A stretch of DNA of 64,000 bases, taken from positions 62,001 to 126,000 of the forward strand of contig CDROCS010000876.1 in assembly GCA_977020255.1 (NCBI GenBank), in the 5' to 3' direction. The first letter of the stretch is position 1. Every line of letters begins with the position of its first letter. Of this stretch, positions 24,234-37,710 are shown piece after piece. The translations under genes and the position numbers were made by a program. The notes beneath the pieces were generated by a model, which did no database searches, was not told the DNA's origin, and worked only from the letters and a program-made list of their open reading frames with translations. Source of the stretch: Obrimoposthia wandeli. Lineage: Eukaryota.

Positions 24234-24500
24234 ATGGAACTGAATAATATTGACGTATTTAAAATATTTGCTCCCAGTAGAAGTGGAAAGATACATTTCG
24301 TATGAAAATTGTTACTAAATGATACTCTTTCCAATCCCAGTATCAAAACAATGGCAGAAGAGTGTAAAGTGTACTAACCCAAACAAATGTTTGCAAGTTG
24401 AAGGGAATAAATTTATTGAAGGATTTGATACATATTGGTGCAAAAAATTTGAAAAAAAATAATATGCAATAATTATTGATGATTTCTTTCAAGAAGCTAA
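24234..24500 (+). pseudogene. Polinton/Maverick-type packaging ATPase fragment (not in ORF track)
   Basis: ATG 24234 gives MELNNIDVFKIFAPSRSGKIHFV*KLLL (Walker A-like APSRSGK). Walker B-like YAIIIDDFFQEA at 24463-24498 in a shifted frame. Confidence 0.6.
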
Positions 24501-26089
24501 CAAGAAAGAGTCAGTATCTACAGCATCAACTTTGATCTCACAATTGAATTCTCGTCGATATTTCTCCAATTCTATGTATTGAAGCTCATACATTCTGAGT
24601 TTAGAAATGTCTAAAACCGTTTGACCTATATAACTCGGTCGATCGAGACAAATACTCTGTTTTTCTAATAACACTGTTACCAAGTCATCTGCAATTGTAA
24701 AACTACGCTTGAAGTTGTACTTGCTAGTATATGTTATTAGTTTACACTCATTATTGCAAAACCGTAGACAAATACGTTTCCGCAAGTCCTCTACAGTTTT
24801 TCCAAAGAGACTATTACTTTTTAACTTGTAAAAATCTCGATCGAATTTGCTAGTGGCCCAATTACATTTTCTTGAATTCTTCTCAATATAGTCTTTAAAC
24901 ACAAAGTTTTGACTGAAGCTTATAGCACGATGAATTCGAGTAACTTTCGCTCCCAACTTTAAGTACAATTGAAGAAGCCGCCAATGCACAACATAATTCA
25001 ACTTGTCTTCATGGGTTAACAATAATTTCTTAACCTTTGAATTAGGTGGGCATTGATGAACAGGCGCTACTGGAAGATCATCTAATTTATCATGCACATT
25101 GGGAGGGATTGTTAAGTCAACCTCAACCAAATAGCCGATATCTGATGAAACTGTATCGACAGTATCCAAATCTGTCATCAACTTATTCAACTCTTCTTCA
25201 TCATAAACCCACTTAAAGTTGGCATGTGGTAGAGGTTGAGTAATTACCCACCATACAAATTATTAATGTCGATGTACAAAAGTCATTCCATCACGAATAC
25301 CAAAGTCATACATTTGTTATATTGCGGGGTCTTGCAGTAACTCGAATTTAATCTTAAGAGTTTCAATTGCCGTAGCCCATGAAAGACCAGGCAAACTAAA
25401 AAATACATGGGATCTACCCCATTATCTGCTAAAGATTTTACACGAAAGGACTCAAACACATCAGCTATAAAATAAATGTCTAATTTCATATAATAAAGCA
25501 TATACTAGAAAATTTCGACAATTACTCTTCCAAAATGTACGAGCTTCATTATAGTTTTGAAGACACTTGAATTAAGTTATGGATGGGATTTCTGTAGTAT
25601 TTTCTAAATCTGCAAAAGTATTTGCAAATTTATAAGAAAAATCCACTTATCATTTACCGAAGTGGGAATGACTGACTCTGTAATTGGCCATGTATTTAAT
25701 GAAGCAGTTACATTTTTACATAATATAATTTAGTATGTATAGTTCAGGATATATAGTTTTCTAAAGTTTGAGGCATACAAGATAATCCCCATGACGTTAA
25801 TGTGCCCAACGAGTATTTAAGTAGAATTTTCATTAGAATTCAGTGTATATAACGTCAAGTGTTTGCTGTAAGATAGCTTGTATCTGAATCCATGCAAACA
25901 TCTATATCACCACTTACACCTTATCCTAACCGGTATGCCTCCATTATCTAAATTTATAAGACAATGTAAATTGGGGGTTGCAGTATGGTGGAATTTATTA
26001 TTGTGTTTCAGCAAAATGAAGTTGATTCATTTTAGCTCCTATAAATTACATCTACGAAAGGATTTCAAAAATGCTTACTCTATTGCATT

Positions 26090-26128
<39 letters not shown>

Positions 26129-26800
26129 TTTATTTAAATACATTAATACTCAAGCTATTCATGCGTTCAAATCTAGATTACAGTTGATTTAAAAGGAAAA
26201 TATATTCCATGATATAGCATTTCATTTTAAAGGGGCATATTTACAAGCACACTCTTTGCGCTCTGTAATAACATTCCTTTTAAGGATGACCAACACGCTA
26301 TACAAGAAGCAAAGGTTATCACTGTTTTGTATGTTAACAATGGAACGTGACAGTGGAAAATATCTAGGTAAAGGAATGTATGAAGTCCTCGAAAAATAAA
26401 TCATGTCAGTGAACTTTGTTAAAATAAAGCTAGCATCGTGAATTCTAACTAGAGATTATCCACTACTTATCTAGCTATAATAAGAAAAAAACATATAAAT
26501 TTCTTCCAATCTCAGTTAAAATATTATCACAGAAAACAGTTGCTTTTTATTAAATTACTCAGATTTTAGTTTCATCTTTGACATTTTTCAGCTGCACTGT
26601 TGCATAAAATTGAACCTTAATCTGACTTAATTTAGTCACTTCTGATTTTAAAAGGTTCTCAAATTTGAATACACACCTACGTCCATTAAATTTTATTTCC
26701 CACGGATACCTTTACTTTAACGTATTTGTTATTTAGCTGATACTCAATAGTATCACCGTTTTCCCTAAGTTTCTAAGGTGTGGTCTTATTAAGAAATTGA
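24489..26800 (-). pseudogene. Protein-primed family B DNA polymerase remnant of a Polinton/Maverick (adintovirus-like) element
   Basis: Motif A YIDINNLYG near 25250-25280, motif B KLKSNSLFGK, motif C DTDS, and N-terminal SYIPLP...IVNIQNSDNLCFLYSVL (26222-26404). Multiple stops and frameshifts. Upstream boundary approximate. Confidence 0.85.
26093..26124. repeat. (AT)16 microsatellite inside the PolB remnant
   Basis: Directly visible. Confidence 0.95.
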
Positions 26801-27313
26801 CTTTTCCTCTTTCTATCTACCATCACCAACAAACCTTCCCCGTAATTGAATGGCAAGTTCACTTGTTGAATGTAGGAGTGCTGCTGTTGATGTTGTCAAA
26901 ACTGCAGATGTAGATGATGTGGCTGATGTGAATGATGCTGCAGTTGTATCTATGGGGTGAGTGAATTAGACCGGAAACATCCACTCACTTTTGTGTAATA
27001 AATTTCATTGAACTCCTTACAACTTATATGGTGTTTCAAAAACATATCTTTTGCTCAAAAGACCATTAACCCTTAGATTTTGAGAATACCTAGGATAGGC
27101 CTTAACCCACAAGACTTATACCGTTAAAAACTCACGATCTGCAGGCTTCCATAAGAAGTGAAACCAATCTAGTCCCAACAACAGAATTAACTTTTTCTAA
27201 GAAAAGAGGATAGAGGAGAGTCACCTTCTTATATTAAATTTAAAGCACATGCAATTAAGAAATAAACATATCTTTATAGTTTTCAAGCCAATGTAAAGTG
27301 TTGTTTTAATGTC

Positions 27314-27568
27314 ATGTACCAAAATAAACTTTCACTGGGTGTAGTGACATCAGGTGGCCATAAACAGCTGCATAACTGGAAAGAAATGTTTGAAGCTTTT
27401 AAAATTTATTTAAATGAGAAGGTTAGAAATGTCGATCTAATGCACATACGCAATATGGTTGAAATAGTTATGCGCTTTGACATGCCAACAAATTATACTG
27501 ATGAGTCAGTTGGGCAAATTGAATTTTGTCTCTGCTGCCTTTCATCCAATGTGGGTTGCGTGGTGTAG
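27314..27568 (+). CDS. Hypothetical 84-aa ORF, unknown function
   Basis: ATG-initiated and uninterrupted, with a helical-looking core (NWKEMFEAFKIYLNEKV). No recognised motif. Confidence 0.25.
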   Translation: MYQNKLSLGVVTSGGHKQLHNWKEMFEAFKIYLNEKVRNVDLMHIRNMVEIVMRFDMPTNYTDESVGQIEFCLCCLSSNVGCVV

Positions 27569-27888
27569 GAGGCTAAGGCGGCTGGCTGCAATTTGTCTAA
27601 TGGCATATGCGTCTCCTTGTGCGTCCAGCATGGCTTAGGGAGTATCGGCTTCGTGTGCTGCTCTTCTGTCCTTGTCCAGCACGGATGTTCGTAACTCACT
27701 TCTGATAGGCTCTTCGAGCAATGCGAGTCCATTTCTTGGAGTTTCTTCACGATCCATGTTCGTAGGTCGCTTAAATCGTGGCTAATGCCAGCCGCTTGTC
27801 CCACGGCAAGTGCTTCCACCTTCTCAAGTAGCCCTTCAAAAAAGCGCCGCTCTGGCGAGTGTCGTTGTCTGGAAGCACTTCTGGACAT
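27493..27888 (-). CDS. Hypothetical 131-aa ORF, unknown function
   Basis: ATG-initiated, uninterrupted, clearly GC-richer than the flanks, repeated PCWT motif. No family recognised. Confidence 0.4.
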   Translation of the reverse strand: MSRSASRQRHSPERRFFEGLLEKVEALAVGQAAGISHDLSDLRTWIVKKLQEMDSHCSKSLSEVSYEHPCWTRTEEQHTKPILPKPCWTHKETHMPLDKLQPAALASYTTQPTLDERQQRQNSICPTDSSV

Positions 27889-30800
27889 GGGGGTGAGACG
27901 TTGAGATGAGCAATTTGGATTTTTCTTTACGTTCGGTGGGAATCGGAGCGTACTTTCAATTGATACAGTCGGTTCTTAAATCAAATATTAAACGGAATCT
28001 CCAAGTTCTACAAGAGAACGTTAAAAGTTTAAGAATTTTAATGAAAATTAAAATATAAAATCAATTTTGAACGATGAAACGTATTTTAAGCTGAACAGAA
28101 AAAACAGTTTTATTGTTATATTATGTGGCACTGTGGATGGGAATGAACTACATCCTATGGTAAGTTTCAAGTGTAAAACATGGAATAGTCGTCCATGCAA
28201 AGGAAAAGGAATATCTGCAGATTTCGAAATGCGTGTGTTATTAATGATGAATTTTCGGGTAATTGTGTTGAGCTTTTGCCACAGTCATTCTTCTTTTAAT
28301 AATTTTAGTGAAGAGTTTGAAATTGTAAAACTATGGCTAAATTGAATTTTTTATTAAATTTTTTTAAATTTTGTTTTTTGATAAATTTTTGTGTATAGTT
28401 AAAAATAGTTTTTTTTTAATAAAAATAAGTCAAAAAAATAATTTACTTTTTATTTCGAAGTGAACATTGTCATATTGACTGCATTTCTCAGTGATTGTGA
28501 TTTTATAAAATAAATTTAGTATATGCCTATCAGACAGTCACAAGTTTCTTTCTAAACTCTGCAAAAGCAATAAAAATCAACTTTAAACAGAAAGTATTTT
28601 TGTAAGCATAACTTTAAAATAGTTTTTTGAATGTTAACTCGTGACCTCTTCAAAGTTTAGCTTCTTCTTTTAATGATTAATTATCCAAAAAGATCAGTTA
28701 GGTTAAAATAATTCTGATAAATTACAAATAGAGATAAATTTTGGTAATAAACTAATATAACGTTAATAATTTGTTTGTTCAACAACTCAGTACTAAATTC
28801 AGTTTGCCGAAAAGGCTTCAAAATTATTTTATTTGGCAGCCCGGAATTTTTTTTCATGTTCATTTTGATTTTAAAAAATGCTGATTATCTATACAATTAT
28901 TTACAAACTTTGGATTAAAAGTATATGCATATAACAAAATAAAATTTATTAGTTTAAAATAATATTAAAGTATTTTTGATGTTTATTCTAATAAATTGTA
29001 TAACTAAAAGGCATTTTTTATTACAGAAATTACTTTTATTTTGTAACTCACAAAAGAATATACTTCCGTGAAAATGATGAATATAATTGATATTGATTTT
29101 ATAGGTAAAGAATATTTGAATCACAAAGGAACAATATTTAGTTTAGCCCAAATTTAATTAAAGCAAAAAACTTGTATCTTAAATTCACTAAAAATTGGTT
29201 TTAATTTTGTAAAACTTCAAAATATATATTTTTATTTAAATTACTTAAAATAATCTATGATAAGTTAAATATAATTTTGAGTTTGAACAAAAGAATAAAA
29301 TATTTTGAAAATTAAATACATAAATGTTACAAAATTCAATTCGAACTTCATTGTGCTTCATATGCAAAAAAAATTCATGTAACTTTAATTGGGAAAATTA
29401 TTCTTACAAAACCAGTTTCATTTTAAATTTTGACTGTTCAAGATACTTTTATCAAAATTGATAAGATTGTTTAGTTCAGTGTCTCTAAGTTTTTTCGGGA
29501 ATTAAGCAGCGATACCTTAACGTTGGCCTATTTCTTAAAACTAATTGTTTTAATATTCCACGTCGCTCAGTTGGGAGTATTCCCTTTTAAAGAAGTATTT
29601 GTAAATTTAACTTCTAAGATCGTAAGTTGTTTATTTCAACCATGTAATTAAAAATAAATAAAATTAGAAAATTGTCAATCCTAAAGCCAATCCAAAGTTA
29701 TAATCATTTGTAAACTGATGAATTTAAGAAATTTCAGCTTCATTCATAACAATTTATTCAAACCCTAACTTAGTTTCCCAAAATAGTAAAAGAAAATGTT
29801 TCAAAAATATTCAGAATTTGTATATTGCAAAAATCACTGAAGCGAAACATTTTCTGTAACTCTTTATATAATGTTAACTGAATCGTATATTATATTTGCT
29901 GTTAACGACATCTTAGGATGTGGTTGAAAAAGGGGTAGCAAACACAGTTTTCATACTATCGAAATGAAATAAATCAATAACATTGTGTAGACATATTTTA
30001 CATAATTAATTTCTTCGTAAAATAAAGAGAAGAGTTGATTGACTGAAAGCAAGGTTGATTGAATAGATTTCCTGGCTATGATAACGGATATGGGGAATTA
30101 ATTTGATATTTATAATTGTTTCACAACATAGTAACAAGGAACTCTGTTTTAGCTGGTTATTTTATTTGCTTTTATTTAGAAAAAACTGTTATTTCGAACC
30201 TAACATACTTTTAAAAAATAATTTGGCAAATTTCAAAATTTGCGCAAAAATTGAATATTAAAACAAAAACAAGGCTATGGTATGTGCCATAGCAACAATA
30301 CACACCTTATGGGACGTTCCATGGGTGTGTGCACGTGTCTTGATGCTAGGGTCTTCTGGTTCACTTGCACATAAGGGGGTACCCCCAAAGTGAGTCAAAA
30401 GACCCACTTTCCACTTAAAATTTTGAAAGGATACCGTTTGCCATCGCTGGCGTCATATTCTTCGAAATCTGATTTATCTTGAAAATTATTCAAACAAACA
30501 CTATTTGTTTAAAATAATTTATATTTTCTGAATTATTGATTCCGCAATTATTTTTATTTTGATACTTTATTTGTTTACATACAGCATCGTATACGACAAT
30601 TACTCTGCATTTCAAGATTAATGGCCTATATTGAATATCAACACTAGTTTTAGAAAGACTCATTCAAATAAAACTTCGGGATTTTTCAATGATAAGATAA
30701 ACTAATACATTTATTGTAATAATTGAAAAATAAAAGGATCTACATAGTTTTCTCTAATTTCAATTTTACACTGTATTTTATAGATTTAAACCAAAAGAGT

Positions 30801-32930
30801 GGAAAATTTTGTTGTTGATAAATTGAACTTTTATTTTAAAAGAATTTAATTAAAGACTGAAGCTAACATTCGATTTATTCATGAACGATGAAAGTACAGC
30901 TGACAATTGCGAGCAATTGCACACTTGTTTGATGCAAATGAATTTTTAACTTTTTCTCTGAAATAATTTTAGGTGTTTCAGATGTAGATTTTTGCACCGA
31001 ACAGGAATCTTTATTTTCCGTGTGTTTTTAAAATACCTGGCCAACAAATACTCTTTCTTTCAACTTTCTTTCTGAAATATTTCTGTGTACCTTAAATATT
31101 CCACCATCACGATTTAGAGCACTTGCAAGGTTTTTAGTAAACTCCATTTAATTTGTAAGGGCGATTGGATATTTTGATATTGAAGAAGTAATCAGTTTTA
31201 CCACAGTTTCTTTTATTTTTCATAGTAATGCTCTTTTCTCTAGCTACTGTCCTAAATGACAAATAGAACAACATAAGTTAGCGGAACCTTTTTGCTACCT
31301 ACTGAGAATGACACATTTGTTTCATACACTTGTCGTCTGACTGGCGTCATTAAATTAGGATACTCAATATGCTTAGCTCTTTTCTTGTTTTAGTTCTTAG
31401 TGCTTGTCAATCAGAATTAAAGGTCTTTGTGTTCTCTCCAGGCCGTAGAAGTACAAAATGGAAATGTTTGTTTACCTGCTGTTTAAACCCGTAGGATGAA
31501 AAACTTTGCGTTTTTTTAGAATATAATACAGTAAGAAGAATAAATACTTCTAAAAAATATCTTTATCAAATATTTATTAGGCATAATTAAATTGGAAAAC
31601 TTGCTCAGTAAATCACAATAGAATGTAATGAAGTTTTCCAAATAGTTTTTTCCTACAGTTTTAAAGTAACAAAACTTTCATTTCAAATTAGATATAAAAA
31701 ATATAATATCTAATTGATATCTTCATAAAAAGTATAATTAAATTAAAACAAAACATTATAATTCTTTAAAATCACAGCCATATAATATTAATTAAAACAT
31801 TTTAAAAGTAAATTGATTTAATTACAAAATTACAGAAAACTATTTACATATATCCTTAAATAATATTTAGATTTTTGGCGTAAACACGTCGAACTAAGCT
31901 CGGATTTCAATGAAAATTTAGCTGAAAAAATCAGCATTTTTACAAAAGAAACGCTAAAAAACATTAAACAAAATTTAAAATTTATATCGAAAATATTAAA
32001 AATAAAAGGGATTTGCTAAAGAAAATTAAAATAATTATAAAATTTATAAATATGTAATATTTGAATGATAAATATTGTTAATTGTAATGACATTCGAGCT
32101 AGATGCACTATAAATTAAAAATACACTAAATAATTTTGTAATCATTCAAATTTAATTTTCTAATGTTTTTGTTCATTTCATATGATTATTATTTAAGTTT
32201 CATTTCATACTGTAATATAATAATTTTATTTATATTTTTCTGTAGTCAAAACACGAAAACAAGATGGGGAATATTTATTTGAATTCTGATGGACACTAAA
32301 ACTCATATTATTAAAACAACTGCTTGTTTATTGTTAATCGATTATATTTTCATAATTATAAATTCAGATAATTGATTATAATATGAAATAAATAATATTA
32401 GTACCTAGCTATTAATTAAATTATCACTTTGATAGAAAAAATAGAAAATGTTAAAGAATGTCATGTGAAATTGTCCATATTATTTTGAATATATTAAGTT
32501 ATTTTCTAATTTTATGTAATCTAGAGCAAATTTAAAACAAAATAATTTATGCATTTAATATAAATAATATCTCAAGATTATTTTATTTTTCAAAACTTAC
32601 AATTCAAATTATATAATTGGATATATATTTCGAAGTTATTCTACTTAAAATCCTTTCTAATTTCTAATATATTTTTTATGAATCAAATTTATTAAGTTTA
32701 ACACTTTTGTAGAATTTCTTTTGCGATGGAAGAATGTACTATTTTACCAATATCTTTCTGTATAAAAAAAATCATCGAATTCAAAGTATCTTGAGAATTT
32801 GCAGAACAAGCAAGCGCTCAATCAATATATATTTGATTATTATCATTAGAAAACCCTAAATGAGTAAATCCTATATTGTGTTTAGAAGTAAAAAATATAG
32901 CGGGATCTTTTCGGATATAATACTTATAAT

Positions 32931-33294
32931 CAGGGCCTGTGAGAGGGGGGCAATGGGTTGTTTGGTATGGGCCTCTGAATTCATGGGGCCTCTAAAATGT
33001 AGATATAAATTTTATAGCAAACTATGCAAACCTTTAAAAATATTATTTAATAATTTAACGTAGAGCAACAAAAAATATCCTTATAATAAAATCTAATACA
33101 ACTATGAAAGGCCCTAATGTTTGGCGTAATTCTACTTTATCTTGTCTCAAATATTTTTTTTCGTTGAACAACTAACTCAGATTGTTATTTAATTTTGGAT
33201 CAATAAAAATGTACAAATTTTGATTTTTTTTCAGTATAAAGGGGGCCACATATATTACCTGACATGGGCCTCCAAGTGGCTCTTACAGGGCCTG
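32931..33294. mobile_element. hAT-type MITE (364 bp)
   Basis: TIR CAGGGCCTGTGAGAG vs CAGGCCCTGTAAGAG (reverse complement of right end). 8-bp TSD cttataat/attataat (7/8). Repeated GGGCC subterminal motifs. Confidence 0.8.
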
Positions 33295-36200
33295 ATTATA
33301 ATATTGACATCCATCTGGCGATTCTGATCTGAAAATCTCTTCATCACTGATTAAAATGTCATTCATTTAAAAGTCGTCAATGATGTTCATTTTGTGTAAC
33401 ACTCAATTTATACTTTTTAAAAAAACACTGCCTGTTGAAAAGTTAATTATTATTAGCGGAATAAAATCAAATACATTAAAATATTATTAGTAAAATAAAT
33501 TAAATTAAATAGTGGCCAATGAGATGACGATGATGGGTGGATAGTGAAAGTGGTGAAAGTAAAAGGTCCTTATTAAAGTTAAAAGTTATTTTACCAAGGT
33601 GATTAGGTAACTTGTGAGAAGTTTAAAATTTGACAGTTAATGTTGCCAATTTATATGAAATTGTAAATGGATTTATGGATTTTGTGATGAAAGTTTGTAT
33701 TTTTAAAAGTTAATTGTGGTCAATAAAGTATTTAGAATTATTATGACGTTTTTGCATTATGTTTTCAATAAAGAAGACTTTTACAATTTTATGAATTTAT
33801 AAACGAAACACTGCCACTCACCATAATTTTATGAGAATTTCATGAAACTTTTCCTATATTGGTTAAGTCATTCTGGTCGAAAAAATGGTACAATATTGTT
33901 TTTATAGTTTTTTGTACTGGATAATATTTGGAGCCTCTAAAATATTATGCAAATGCGAAATAAATCCCTACGGAATATTTAATTGAAACCTTTCGCTAGT
34001 TTTTTCTCTTCACAAACCTCAATCAACTCAGATGCAGACTACCTTTATTTTTCCTGTTCTCCTTGAATTTGTGTGCCTCAATAATCTATTAATTATCGAC
34101 TAGTCCCCTAGCTTGAATAGTAACCAACTCTTCGGTGGGGTTTTAATAGATCATATTGCTTTGTTTCATATTTCAACATAAATTTTCCCTATTTCATTTT
34201 AAGCTTTTAGAGTGTATTTTTCTTTTATTTTTCGAATTTTCTCTCAATTTGGTTTCATTCTGGTAAAAAGTGGCTTGTTTTAAGTACTTTTAGCAACTTC
34301 AAAATTTCTTCAAAATTGAAAAAGATTTCTAAAATTAAAGTTTCTTCTCAAAATAAATCAGTTCAAGTTGAAAGATTTTGGATTTTTAATGAAAGTAATA
34401 AAGGTACTGCGATAAAATTATGAGGAAACAATGGATTGAACAAACATAAAACTATTTAAATAGAAATGTAGCAAAAGTAATTTGAATAAAAAACAATTAC
34501 TTTAGATAAGCTAACTTTGCAATTGTAAATATAAAATTTATTTAAATTAATAAATGTGAATATTTTACGTATTTCTGAATCAATTTTCCAATAATTTTGT
34601 ATCGAATGAAGATGAAAATCAGAATTGGATTTGACTTAAACTCAGATTCAAATGCGAATAGGAAACTGTTTCATCTCGTTTTCGTAGGCAGGAGAATGCT
34701 CCGACAAATGTTGTGCACGGTTGCTTGCCACAAGACAAAATACACCTTTCACAATAATTAGCTGTCGACTGCTACAATGTCTTCTAGCAACTCCCGCTTC
34801 TGCTGCGGATGATGCTGCTGCTGGGAACACTTTCCAGTATAGATGGGCAGTTCCATCAGCAAAAAACACACGAAGATAAAGAGAAGCATCAACAACAGAA
34901 TCAGCATCAGCAATAGAAGCAGTTACAGAAGCAATGTATCACAAACCCAGAGTCTCAGCCAGCGCGAGGCAATATTAATTAGTTAATGTAACGTATTCTG
35001 TTATATTTTGCTGAATCGTTACCTTGGCAACACAATCCACACTGTCTCTGTGTTTCATGAAAGAGTGTTGCATACAACAGATTGAGCCCACCACAAAATA
35101 ATCACCTCATCATCAACAACAGGAGAAACATCACAAATCGTCACAGACCAATATATACGGATATTCACGCTTTATTCGCTAATATCCAGATTTCTTGTCT
35201 CTAGCAGAGTGTAGGTGCATTCTCAGATCCATAATGTCTAACAATATAAATAGATGGAAATGCTTTTTTGTGTACCGAAGCATTATACATTCTTGTATAT
35301 TAAAATACAATATAGTTCACACAAATCATACAATTGATTTTAACGGACTAACATTTATATATAAATTATTGACGCTTATAGTCAATTATATCGGAGTTTC
35401 CAGAGTGTGTTATTTAGTACCCTTGGTTAATTGAACTGACTCAATTTATCATCTGAAGGCTCACGTACAAATTTTTTTTGTCATGTTTAGAGAAATCGAA
35501 AGCTTCGTGGCACATTTTGTTTTCAAAGAGCTGATACTGAAGCATCTACAGGGTCATTAAGATGACTTTCTGGAAGTAGGTACTATAACGGAGGCGCATG
35601 TATGAGTAAGAATCTATGATGATCGGATGTCCACATTAAGTCTGGCCTCAACTTTGTTACATTATCGGAAGACAGTATTCCCAGGTACTTTAATGAGAGA
35701 GGTAACGGCTCAGGGGTGGAATCCTGCAAGCAAAACTCTCCACGTCACTCAGTACTGGGATAGCATCTGTGAATAGTCCTGTGTTGGCAGCCTGATCAAT
35801 ATAAAAATGATTTTACACTGAAAACTCCTTTCCAGTCTTCCTGTTTAGAATAATTTTGGATGAGCACTCGTGGAAAATTTGAAGATTTTTCCAACAAAGC
35901 TATGTGACTGTTAGCGCAATTTCGTCATCTTATTTGTCTGGCAGTTGGTTCTCTCAATCCTGTACATTAAACAGATCATATAATCTACATAATGATACAG
36001 ATAGTTATGTAATCAGAAACCGGATTTATCCTACTTGCATTTATTTGTTGAAGTTTTGACATTCAAACGGTATAATATAAATTTTGTCGTGGAATCTAAC
36101 TATAGAAAAAATAACTCAAACAATAACAATTTCTGCTATTGTAGATTTTGCTTTTGTGCTATTTTGCTTTAAATATGTATAAATAAAATGGACACTTGAT

Positions 36201-37229
36201 TTTATTTCAAATTCTTTTATCATGTGAAAATAATTAAACATTTTAGTTTATGTGAACTTTTATTATTATAACTTCAAATTTTACACTAAAACGGTTTAAC
36301 TTTCAAAATTTTTAACATATTTGCATTTCCTATTTAATGTATCGATACCAAATGAACAATATTATTCTTTGTTTCTTTGATTTTTAGTAAAAATGATTTC
36401 ATATGATTTTATTAAAACTGAATGTAGATGAGGTCAGTGAACTTTGAGCAACAATTTGGAATGAGTTCGCTTCCGTTTTTCGAATTTAAATACAATTAAT
36501 GTTAAATGTTCAGTGTTCTTTGTAAATGAATCAATTAAAATGATTCTTAATTCTATGATTGTAAAATTAGCAAAATTTTCTATTTTTATTGTATTTTAAT
36601 TTTACTAATCACTTTTGACTTTACATTAATTTTTGACTTAGTAGTGGAATTAGAAACGATTTCTCCATAAAAATTACATCAAGAACACAAGAAAAGAAAT
36701 GTGTAGTTGAAGTTTAGTCTTTTTTACTGTAATTTATTTCCATACCCAATTTATTATGATTGAATTGGATTTCTCTATATCTTGAATATGTAAATTGTGA
36801 AAAATTGGAAGGATATATATTTTTATGAGAAAATTATTTCAAAATATGCAGTAAATAAAGCTGTGTTTAAACAAAGTTAATATCAGTTGTTAGCTCAAAA
36901 ATTTTAAGCGGATTTCAAAGGTTAATGTAATAAATTATATAGAATTGGAATGGAACTTATTTTATCAAATTATTATTTTAACTGTCGGTATTAAACACGG
37001 ATTTATCAAATTTGTACATCTGAAAATTTAATCGATCAAAAATGAACAAATATGCAGTGTTTTTCGGTTTATAGTAAAGCATTTCTTCTTTCAACAATTT
37101 TAAAAATTATATGGAAAACCAACAAAATTACTGAGATTATACTAGAAATTTTTCTTGTTAAAGTAATCGTTGTGAAGCTTAACTAAACCCTAAGGATAAC
37201 TTGACACCGTTTTCATATGATTTTTTCAG

Positions 37230-37710
37230 CATTTCTTTGTGACTACATGATGACTCAACGTTTAGACACTCATTATGCGTGTAAATCAGACTATTGCCTG
37301 ACGGTAGAGCTGTCTGTAGAACCAGAAGAGTTTACAGAAGATTCTTATCGGAGGCGCTGTCGTCTTTGCCGCAGCATCATTGGACAGAGGTCTGACGCTT
37401 GATATATTATCTCCCGTTATGGGCCCCGTGAGATCCCCAGGGTCATTAAATCACGAGGTCACCACTAGAAGCGGCGGCGGTAACTGTCTCTGTCGCTAAT
37501 GCGTCTTGTATTCCCCACTATCGTTCTCTTCTTTTCTGGTTATATTTCTGTACCAACACTCCGATCGCAGAATACGCAGCAAAGCTGCTTACTATCTGTC
37601 AGTAGACGACTTTTATATTTGCTTATTGCCTTATTATTTAATGCCGAGCAAAGCTTGAGTTGTACAACAGCAAAAACTTCTCATACACAACTTGTGTAAC
37701 ACAAGTATTA
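37230..37710 (-). mobile_element. Decayed gypsy 5' end: LTR-like segment, tRNA-Trp-like PBS, start of gag
   Basis: - strand TGGTGACCTCGTGAT (37450-37464) resembles the tRNA-Trp PBS TGGTGACCCCGACGTGAT with a 3-nt gap. GC-richer flanks. Boundaries approximate. Confidence 0.45.

Noticed and set aside
27498-27530. CTGATGA hammerhead-core-like heptamer (also near 29716 and 59189)
   Set aside because: No stem II leading to GAAA and no flanking stems.
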